Shown here in pieces: positions 1 to 7,450 of a DNA stretch of 32,000 bases. Numbering within the stretch: position 1 is the stretch's first letter; each line of letters begins with the position of its first letter. The notes under the pieces were generated by a model. That model was given only the letters and a program-made list of their open reading frames with translations, searched no databases and was not told where the DNA came from. Made by a program: the position numbers and the translations under genes. The stretch lies in assembly GCF_045344995.1 (NCBI RefSeq), contig NZ_CP148331.1, one strand, 5' to 3'. This DNA comes from Escherichia coli. Lineage in GTDB: Bacteria > Pseudomonadota > Gammaproteobacteria > Enterobacterales > Enterobacteriaceae.

Positions 1-882
1 GGCAATGACGGCCATCAGTCCGGGTATGGCCATCAGCGTGGGGTAGAATTTTCTGTTGAGAAATGCCGAAACAACCAGCGTGCCAATAAAACCGGCCACG
101 CCGATAATCAGCAAAATCGACGACAAGCCTAAGGAATTAACCCGTGTCACCGACTCCAGAAACGGGCGCACATAGGTGAATAGCGCAAACTGCCCCATGA
201 AAAACAGGCCACAAGCTATCATGCCGACCACAACCATGCGGCGGCTAAATAAGCGGAATACCGCGCCACATGAAGTGTGGCTTTTATTCGCATCCATGCT
301 TGGCAGGCTGATGCACTGCCAGATAAAGGCGACAACCGCGATGGGCACCAGGCACAAGAAAGCGCCTCGCCATCCGACCGTAGCCCCCAGATAGCTTCCC
401 AGCGGTGCGGCCACGACCGTCGCCAGCGCATTACCGGCGTTGAAAATTGCCAGCGCACGCGTGACCTGATGCTGCGGCACCAGACGAATCGCCGTTGCCG
501 CTGACATCGACCAGAATCCGCCAATAGCCACACCAATCATCGCACGACCGACCATATACATCAGATAACTGGAAGCCAGCGCAATAATAAGCCCCGATAC
601 GGCCATCAGAACCGTCATCCCCAGCAGCAGGAACTTACGATTCATCTTTCCAGCTAGCGTTGAAAGCGTCAGGCTGGTCAGAACCGCCAGCGCGCCGGAG
701 ATAGCAATCCCCTGCCCTGCCAGCCCCTCCGTCACGCCTAAATCGCGGGTAATCGGCGTGAGCAGGCTGACGGGCATAAATTCAGAAGCAATCAGCACAA
801 ACACGCACAGGGTCATGGCAAAAATACCGCCCCAGTATGCGCGCTGATGATGAGGTGATGGTGTTTGGCTTAGTGTCGACAT
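1..882 (-). CDS. MFS family transporter, 3' part cut by window edge
   Basis: Open minus-strand frame from ATG at 882 to the window edge (294 codons); translation MSTLSQTPSPHHQRAYWGGIFAMTLCVFVLIASEFMPVSLL..., multiple hydrophobic helices typical of the DHA1 sugar/drug exporter group. Not in the supplied ORF list, probably because it runs off the edge. Confidence 0.85.
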   Translation of the reverse strand, partial: MSTLSQTPSPHHQRAYWGGIFAMTLCVFVLIASEFMPVSLLTPITRDLGVTEGLAGQGIAISGALAVLTSLTLSTLAGKMNRKFLLLGMTVLMAVSGLIIALASSYLMYMVGRAMIGVAIGGFWSMSAATAIRLVPQHQVTRALAIFNAGNALATVVAAPLGSYLGATVGWRGAFLCLVPIAVVAFIWQCISLPSMDANKSHTSCGAVFRLFSRRMVVVGMIACGLFFMGQFALFTYVRPFLESVTRVNSLGLSSILLIIGVAGFIGTLVVSAFLNRKFYPTLMAIPGLMAVIA

Positions 883-908
883 AGTGAAATTTCACAAAGA
901 TCAGGATA

Positions 909-937
909 AAAGCCACCGGCCATAGACCGGTGGCTTT
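909..937 (-). terminator. Intrinsic terminator-like hairpin
   Basis: AAAGCCACCGG (909-919) / CCGGTGGCTTT (927-937) inverted repeat between the hydrolase stop and the MFS start. Confidence 0.7.
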
Positions 938-957
938 GCATCAATTCAGGAGAGGTT

Positions 958-2094
958 TTATTTCAGTTTGGTCTGGAAAAATTGTTCGAACTTCGCGAAA
1001 GGTATTTTTCCGGCCACGTTATCGTACAGGTCCACGTGATTTGCCCCTGGTACCACCACCAACTCTTTGTCTTTACTGCCAACCGCCTTGTAAGCATCTT
1101 CAGCAAAATAGCGTGAATGCGCTTTCTCACCGGTCACAATCAGCGTCGGAATGGTGATTTCACTGGCGTAGCTCAACAGCGGCATATTCATAAATGACAG
1201 CGGCATCGTTGCCGTCCACGCCCCGGTAGAGTTAACGGAACGTTCGTGGAAGCCGCGCGGCATGCGATAGTAGTCAAAGAACTCTTTCAGTACCGGATGA
1301 GGATTTGCCGGCAGCGTTTCTGGCAGAATGCGCTCGCCCGCACTGACCTTGCCGTTGCTGTCGACATTAATATCATGACCACCGTGAGCGAACGTTCCGC
1401 TCTGCGCATCCTTCCAGCGCTGTTCATTCAGATATTGCAGAACGGCACGACGGTCGGCGGTAGAATAACGGTCTTTGCCATCCCCCACACCATGACCCAT
1501 CGCCCGGCTCATGTCATACATCACGCTGGTAGCTACCGCTTTAACGCGGGTATCCATCGCCGCGTCGTTTAGCGCCATGCCGCCCCAGCCACAAATACCG
1601 AGCAGCCCGATACGGTTGCGATCTACCTCTTTTTGCAGCCCTAAGAAATCCACCGCCGCGCTGAAATCTTCAGTGTTGATATCCGGTGAGGCGACGTTTC
1701 GCGGATAGCCGCCGCTTTCCCCGGTGTAAGAAGGATCGAACGCCAGGGTAACAAACCCTCGTTCCGCCAGCGTCTGCGCATACAAGCCGCTGGATTGCTC
1801 TTTCACCGCGCCAAATGGCCCACTGACCGCAATCGCCGCCAGCTTGCGATCGCCACGGTCTTTAGGCAGGTAAAGATCGCCCACTAAGGTGATGCCATAT
1901 CGGTTCGGGAACGATACTTTACGGTGATCGACTTTCTGGCTCTCGGCGAACGTTTTATCCCATTTATCTGTCATGGACACAGGGGCATTAGGATTGGTTG
2001 AATCAGCATAACTCATTGTCGTGACTCCACTTAATGATGCGAAAAGCAGCATGGTCGGCATCGCGGTTTTTAGCGTGCGGGTGAAGGCTTTCAT
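958..2094 (-). CDS. Secreted alpha/beta hydrolase (dienelactone-hydrolase-like)
   Basis: ORF with signal peptide MKAFTRTLKTAMPTMLLFASLSGVTTMSYA; nucleophile-elbow-like GLLGICGWGG; start taken at internal ATG 2094 rather than 2115. Confidence 0.85.
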   Translation of the reverse strand: MKAFTRTLKTAMPTMLLFASLSGVTTMSYADSTNPNAPVSMTDKWDKTFAESQKVDHRKVSFPNRYGITLVGDLYLPKDRGDRKLAAIAVSGPFGAVKEQSSGLYAQTLAERGFVTLAFDPSYTGESGGYPRNVASPDINTEDFSAAVDFLGLQKEVDRNRIGLLGICGWGGMALNDAAMDTRVKAVATSVMYDMSRAMGHGVGDGKDRYSTADRRAVLQYLNEQRWKDAQSGTFAHGGHDINVDSNGKVSAGERILPETLPANPHPVLKEFFDYYRMPRGFHERSVNSTGAWTATMPLSFMNMPLLSYASEITIPTLIVTGEKAHSRYFAEDAYKAVGSKDKELVVVPGANHVDLYDNVAGKIPFAKFEQFFQTKLK

Positions 2095-2280
2095 AAAAAT
2101 CCCCATAAAAAACAACAGAGAGATACAGGTTTCCGACGGACAACGCTGCGGTGCTTTACTTTGATGGGGTCATTATAGTGAGCAGAATTAGTGCTGATTA
2201 GGGGGCGATTAATGCTAAGATTAATACCATATTGTTATAAATTAATGCGGAGATTGCCGGCATGAAGGGGGGATGTTTCA

Positions 2281-3165
2281 ATGGCGAAAAGGGAGAACTA
2301 CAACGAGCTGTACCTGTTTATGCAGGTGGTGCGGGAAGGCAGCTTTACCGCAGCGGCTCAGCGGCTGGGTCTTGCTCAGTCAGGAGTCAGCCGTTCTGTT
2401 CGCGAGCTTGAAGAAAGGCTGGGCGTCCAGCTGCTAGTGCGCACCACGCGTAAACTGTCGCTGACACAAGCAGGCGAGCAGCTCTACCAGAAGACGGCAT
2501 CTGGATTTGAAATGTTAGATCTTGGGCTTGCCACGCTGGCGCACTATCGAGAGACGCCCTCCGGCACGGTGCGTATCAATGCCAGCCAGCACGCGATTGA
2601 TAAATGCCTGCTGCCAAAGCTGGCGGTATTTAAACAGCGATATCCTGATATCCGGCTTGAACTGATAAATGAGAGCCGGTTCGTCGATATCATCGAGGAA
2701 AGATTCGATGCAGGTGTCCGCCTGGGGCCTGAAGTCGGCCAGGGTATGGTCGCGGTACGCATCACCCCCGATATGGAGATGGCAATTGTGGGGACTCCGG
2801 AACATTTTCGTCGCTATGGTTTTCCGCAAACCCCGGCGGATTTAAAGGCGCATCCCTGTATCGCCTATCAGTTTGCCGACGGCAGCGTATACCAGTGGGA
2901 ACTCAATCAGGATGATAAAAAAATCACTCATCGCCCTGAAGGGCAATGGGCCTTATCCGACAGCTATATGGAAGCAGAAGCCGCCCGGCTGGGCCTCGGA
3001 TTGGCCTATGTTCCTGTTGAACTGGTCGCGGATGATTTAGAACACGGTAAGCTTATCAGGGTGTTGCAGCGTTACAGCCTGCGAATGGAGGGATTGTTTC
3101 TCTATTACCCTCATCGCAACGTCTCCCCCGCCTTGCGGATGGTCATTGATACATTGAAAATCTGA
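2281..3165 (+). CDS. LysR-family transcriptional regulator
   Basis: 294 aa, N-terminal wHTH (FTAAAQRLGLAQSGVSRSVRELEERLGVQLLVRTTRKLSLTQAG); divergent from the hydrolase gene. Confidence 0.93.
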   Translation: MAKRENYNELYLFMQVVREGSFTAAAQRLGLAQSGVSRSVRELEERLGVQLLVRTTRKLSLTQAGEQLYQKTASGFEMLDLGLATLAHYRETPSGTVRINASQHAIDKCLLPKLAVFKQRYPDIRLELINESRFVDIIEERFDAGVRLGPEVGQGMVAVRITPDMEMAIVGTPEHFRRYGFPQTPADLKAHPCIAYQFADGSVYQWELNQDDKKITHRPEGQWALSDSYMEAEAARLGLGLAYVPVELVADDLEHGKLIRVLQRYSLRMEGLFLYYPHRNVSPALRMVIDTLKI

Positions 3166-3855
3166 ACGTTAATAACGACCGACTCTTCACTGTGCAAAAT
3201 TGTGTCAGGTAGTCCCTCTGCGTTCAATTCCAGGGTCTGTACACCCTGCTTTGAGCGAGAAAGAGGGGACTATCCAGCAATGGAGATCACCCAAAAGAAA
3301 AAACCACCTGGCTCCCTCGACAACCTTCATCCGGGCATTGAGCCTCAATCAACATTTTTATATCTGTCAGGTTACTTCATTATGAAAACTGATCATCATC
3401 GTTGTTTTTGTTGCAATAGTAGAATACGCGTATTTATTCCTCCATCTCTATTAATAACGGCAATAAACTGTCCACTTCACTGATATTTAAAATATGTATC
3501 CTTTTCAAGCTGTTCAGCGGCGTAAGAAAAAGTATTAATTATGAATTCGATGATTTAACCATATCTGTCTGATTGGTAATCATCCGTGATTAATGCTGGT
3601 CTATTGATTACGCCAGCATTAACCGCTTAGGGATGTATTCTTCCTGTTCATATAGCCCTCGAAAAAGAGAGAAAATAAAACTGTGTCCAATATTAATTTA
3701 CCACTCCAGACCGAAGCATCGGTGGGATTAGCAGGACGACTGGTACAGAAGGATGGTATAGCGTCATTTGTCGGGCATTCCATTGCTATAATAATGACAA
3801 TTTTGAATCAATAGACATGCTTCTTGATCATGTCTTAAAAATTAGACCATGAGCC

Positions 3856-4086
3856 TTACGAAGCATCATTTTTACTGACTGGTATTAACTTTGCTATCAT
3901 ATAAACTCTGTTCTTAAAAAACGCGCCCAGAATTTTATATGATTTTCCTTGTTTTGCTGCCTGTAAAGAAATTTCTTTTTCAGTGCTGTCGATGGTTGAA
4001 CCGACGGCAGTAATCGTTTTGGCGACGCTACTGAAGGATATTAAAGACAGTGTAACCACAACAATTAAAGAATAGATAATGTTCAT
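3856..4086 (-). CDS. Small secreted DUF1471 (YhcN/BhsA-like) family protein
   Basis: MNIIYSLIVVVTLSLISFSSVAKTITAVGSTIDSTEKEISLQAAKQGKSYKILGAFFKNRVYMIAKL; signal peptide, AGGAG just upstream; start at 4086. Confidence 0.6.
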   Translation of the reverse strand: MNIIYSLIVVVTLSLISFSSVAKTITAVGSTIDSTEKEISLQAAKQGKSYKILGAFFKNRVYMIAKLIPVSKNDAS

Positions 4087-4301
4087 GCTAATTCTCCTGA
4101 CAATTGAGAGGATGAGTTTTATATACAAAGGCATTAAATATGAGTCATGTTTACTCCCTGTGAAAATAATCTTACTGTAATTAAACCTTCATCTCCTTCG
4201 GAGTGAGCAATGCAAAATATAATGCATCTTGCTATGCAAAACAGTGGATATAAATTTTCCTCGCGACCTATTTAATAAAACGTGAATATAAAAGTTAGTC
4301 T

Positions 4302-4858
4302 TCAGTTTGCAGATGCAGTAGGTCTGATGGTAATTTCGGTTGTATCAACGCTTTCGGGAGATTCAATAATATGCCTTACAGCACGGGCAATATCCGCAGA
4401 TTGAAGTGCAACAGAACGGTAGGCGTCCATTGACTTCATGGTTTCCACATGGGTAATGGTTGAAGCCAGTTCACTTTCTACAACCCCAGGATTTACGCAG
4501 GTCACACGGATTTTCGAGCTTTCCTGCCGTAAGCCATCCGAAATAGCCCGTACTGCAAATTTTGATGCGCAATAGACTGCGCCTGTGGGCACAACAGAAA
4601 GGGCACCAATAGAACCAAGATTGATTATCTGACCGGAACCCTGTGCTTCCATCACCGGAAGTACAGCGCCAATTCCCCAAAGTACACCTTTGATATTCAC
4701 GTCAATAGTGAGCTCCCATTCATCTTGTTTTCCTGCTGCAAGCGGTGAAAGCGGCATAACGCCCGCATTATTGATAAGAACATCAACTCGCCCCCAGCTA
4801 TCCAGCGCTACTTGCACGAAATCTGCCATGGACTGTCGGTCTGTGACATCCAACTTGC
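4302..4858 (-). pseudogene. SDR-family oxidoreductase, 5'-truncated
   Basis: Contains NNAG ([13 protein letters not shown]), YCASKFAVRAISDGLRQE and PGVVESELAS, but the N-terminal TGxxxGIG Rossmann segment is missing; the frame is lost where integrase homology begins (~4860). Confidence 0.85.
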
Positions 4859-4861
4859 ATT

Positions 4862-5024
4862 TTCAGAAATGGGAGGCTGGGAGTCTATCGAAATGGTTCG
4901 TCGATATGCTCACCTTGCACCTAATCACCTTACCGAACACGCACGGCAAATAGACTCAGTCCTGAACCCATCGGTCCCAAATTTGTCCCAGTCAAAAAAT
5001 AAGGAAGGTACTAATGATGTGTAA
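4862..5024 (+). pseudogene. 3' fragment of a P22-like tyrosine integrase
   Basis: [51 protein letters not shown] closely matches the C-terminus of lambdoid/P22-type Int as recalled; contains the catalytic Tyr (VRRYAH) but no upstream domains. Confidence 0.88.
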
Positions 5025-5035
5025 CTTATTGATTT

Positions 5036-5061
5036 AAATGGTGCGATAATAAGAGTTAAAC
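5036..5061. other. Candidate distal attachment site (degenerate copy of thrW 3' end)
   Basis: AAATGGTGCGATAATAAGAGTTAAAC aligns with AAATGGTGCCGATAATAGGAGTCGAAC at 16707-16733 (1 gap, 3 mismatches). Confidence 0.65.
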
Positions 5062-5115
5062 ATGCAATATAACACCATGTTTATTATTAATTTATTACAT
5101 AATGGATAACCAACG

Positions 5116-5134
5116 TACCCCCAATTGTACCCCC
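5116..5134. promoter_or_regulatory. Putative integrase arm-type sites (left)
   Basis: TACCCCC at 5116-5122 and 5128-5134, 12 bp period, in the same arrangement as 16577-16595 at the other end. Confidence 0.5.
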
Positions 5135-5252
5135 ATGCGCTTTTACGTCCACAATAATTGATTGCTTTTTATACTGTATTTGGGAGAGAGCGGCGGGCGG
5201 TTAAACAGTGCTGGCAAAGTTAAGGTAAACCCGCCAGCCAGGGAAAAGCTGT

Positions 5253-5513
5253 TTAAATCGTGGTGTAGTGATAGCGACACGCAACAATGTACAGATCGCC
5301 TTGCTCAACGTAATACACCAGGCGATGTTCTTTCGTGATTCGACGTGACCAAAGCGGCTTACGATGCTTTAGCGCCTCCGGCTTCCCTATCCCCTTGAAG
5401 GGGCTTTCCTTAGCCGATTTGATTAGCTCCATTACCTTGTTATACGTCTTTGGGTCATTCTCAGCCCAGTACTGAAGATCGCCTTTTGCCTGCGGGGATA
5501 TCCTGACTTTCAT
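5253..5513 (-). CDS. yoeB: Type II toxin, Txe/YoeB family mRNA interferase
   Basis: 86 aa: MKVRISPQAKGDLQYWAENDPKTYNKVMELIKSAKESPFKGIGKPEALKH...WSRRITKEHRLVYYV...CRYHY; characteristic YoeB C-terminus. Symbol is by family; this may be a divergent paralogue. Confidence 0.92.
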   Translation of the reverse strand: MKVRISPQAKGDLQYWAENDPKTYNKVMELIKSAKESPFKGIGKPEALKHRKPLWSRRITKEHRLVYYVEQGDLYIVACRYHYTTI

Positions 5514-5758
5514 TAAATGTCCAGTTCCTCATAATCGCCGCGTTCGAGCGATGCAAGGCTGGCTTCAATGTGTGCGGCGTTCGCCGGGTTACTGAACAGG
5601 TGTAACGTTTCCTGAATCGATGCGAACTCTTCCGCATCGATCATTACTACGCTTTTAGCACCCTTACGCGTAACCAGGATTGGCGCACGATCATCATTAG
5701 CCTGCTGCATCAGGTCAGCTAAATGCTGTCGAGCATCGGTATAGTTTACGTGTTGCAT
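5513..5758 (-). CDS. yefM: Type II antitoxin, Phd/YefM family
   Basis: 81 aa: MQHVNYTDARQHLADLMQQANDDRAPILVTRKGAKSVVMIDAEEF; TAATG overlap with the toxin start. Confidence 0.92.
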   Translation of the reverse strand: MQHVNYTDARQHLADLMQQANDDRAPILVTRKGAKSVVMIDAEEFASIQETLHLFSNPANAAHIEASLASLERGDYEELDI

Positions 5759-5803
5759 AGTGTTTTTCCGTCCGCCAAGTTATTACGTCGTAAGTATTGC
5801 ATA

Positions 5804-5821
5804 TGTACAGCTAGTTGTACA
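5804..5821. promoter_or_regulatory. YefM-type operator
   Basis: Two TGTACA palindromes at 5804-5809 and 5816-5821, 12 bp apart, just upstream of the antitoxin; TGTACA is the known YefM core motif. Confidence 0.75.
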
Positions 5822-6240
5822 TGTGGTTGTATGTTTCTGACTTGTTACGACGCAAACGCCAGCGGGACCAAAACCGCGCTCACCCGCACGCCCACGGTGT
5901 TTACGTAGTGAGAATTTTTTCAGTTTGGAAAATTGCAGGAAAGAACCGCCAGAACAGGCGTTAAACGGGGTTTTACATGAAATTTGAGACTGAAAAAAAT
6001 GCAATCAATTGCAAAGGATTTCAGTAATTTCAGTCTTCGTAAAATTCAATCTTTAACAAAAGTAACGTAACCACATGAAAATTAAAATAAAAAAATCAAA
6101 TTACGTGACACTAAGATAAAAGCAAGGAAAGAATGGAATAACATAATACGATGATATTATTGATAATTTATATCAACTTCTTTTTTTTGTTTAATGCAAA
6201 TAGTGGTATAATAATGCGCCTTTTACGAGTGGTGATTATT

Positions 6241-6498
6241 ATGCGCAGCCATAAAATTGTTTGTCCTGAGTGTGGAAGTAATTCAACAACAAAAAAGACA
6301 GTACGCAAGCATCCACACCTGTCTGATATGTATTGTGCCTGTAATAATGTTGAATGTGGGCATACCTTCGTTATGAATATGACGTTCTCCCATACGCTAA
6401 GCCCCAGCGCGCTGACTGGGGAGAAAGCAGTAAAAACAATGATTGACATGATGACGCCGGAACAAAAAACAATGATAAAAGAATTGCTTCAAAACTGA
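6241..6498 (+). CDS. Phage Ogr/Delta-type zinc-finger transcriptional activator
   Basis: MRSHKIVCPECGSNSTTKKTVRKHPHLSDMYCACNNVECGHTFVMNMTFSHTLSPS; CxxC...CxxxxC metal-binding pattern and FVMNMTFSHTLSPS match the P2 Ogr / P4 Delta fold family. Confidence 0.85.
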   Translation: MRSHKIVCPECGSNSTTKKTVRKHPHLSDMYCACNNVECGHTFVMNMTFSHTLSPSALTGEKAVKTMIDMMTPEQKTMIKELLQN

Positions 6499-6517
6499 TA
6501 TCACTTATTACTCCCAT

Positions 6518-7066
6518 TTATTTTACCCCTCTCCACCATTGAACCCAGCAAGGATTGCTAACGTGTATGGCTAAACGTCGGTTACATTCGTTCATTAATG
6601 AACCAACCCCTTTCATGGGGTTAGAATTATATTCACCTATTTTTATCAGATCACGAAACATACCTGACAGCCTGTAAAGATCACGCCGAATAGAAACATA
6701 TTTATTGCATGAATATAATCGTAACATTACAAATTGAATTAATTGTGTATATTTAAGTTCCATAACATAAGGATTCCCCATTTGCCTGATAGTCTTTTCA
6801 AGCTGACGCTTTTCAGTTTCTGCGTTAATTCTTGTATGACCCACTAAACGCCACCAGATTTCACACGCTTCATAAAGGGTATAATATTCAAATGCTGGTT
6901 TGATTGTTCTTGTGGGTTCAGACTGCATTGCTCGCCACTTTGTATATCTTATGAAACTTTCAGCCTCACGCTTAAGCATAAAAACACGCCTAACGCGTTT
7001 CCCGTTCCGCCCATTGGGGCGGATATCTACCAGCCATTTTCCATCAGGACGTTTCTTGATGCTCAT
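6518..7066 (-). CDS. P2-like integrase N-terminal/core-binding domains only (no catalytic domain)
   Basis: MSIKKRPDGKWLVDIRPNGRNGKRVRRVFMLKREAESFIRYTKW... plus SIRRDLYRLSGMFRDLIKIGEYNSNPMKGVGSL resemble the first ~160 residues of P2 Int; ORF ends before any R...HxxR...Y motif. Confidence 0.75.
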   Translation of the reverse strand: MSIKKRPDGKWLVDIRPNGRNGKRVRRVFMLKREAESFIRYTKWRAMQSEPTRTIKPAFEYYTLYEACEIWWRLVGHTRINAETEKRQLEKTIRQMGNPYVMELKYTQLIQFVMLRLYSCNKYVSIRRDLYRLSGMFRDLIKIGEYNSNPMKGVGSLMNECNRRLAIHVSNPCWVQWWRGVK

Positions 7067-7142
7067 TTCTTCACCTTTGATGTTAGCCAGCCAGGGAAAA
7101 GCATTTTCCCCGAAATTAAACATTGTTATTGTCAAAAATGGT

Positions 7143-7350
7143 GGAAACAGTGGGAACAATGGTAACAGTGTTGATATTTATACCTTTTTCCTGTTCCCAT
7201 CTCTCTTTTACAACTGGGAACAACGCTTTGCATATCAACATAACCATATGATTTAAAATACATTACCACCTGTTACCATATGGGAACAGTAATTGGGAAC
7301 AAATAAAACTTTTATAAATCAAGTCTGTTCCCTATGTTCCCACTGTTCCC
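7143..7350. repeat. Iteron cluster, probable replication origin/crr-like region of a P4-type element
   Basis: Eight exact GGGAACA/TGTTCCC copies (7152, 7192, 7216, 7282, 7295, 7326, 7335, 7344) plus variants (GGAAACA 7143, GGTAACA 7161, TGTTACC 7271), immediately downstream of the alpha-type primase gene. Confidence 0.65.
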
Positions 7351-7450
7351 ACTAAAAAATATGATACGTGCGATCACTTCTTCCTGGCTGGCTATGTTTC
7401 CAGGGCCGGAAGCTGGCCAACACCGTTAGTAATAGCGGTGTCAGCAGGTC

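Noticed and set aside
3200-3483. Plus-strand ORFs after the LysR gene (61 and 93 aa)
   Set aside because: No recognisable domain or convincing start context; region treated as intergenic.
7143-7350. Repeat cluster considered as a CRISPR array
   Set aside because: Repeats are short (7-10 bp), in both orientations and irregularly spaced, which fits iterons and not CRISPR repeat-spacer units.
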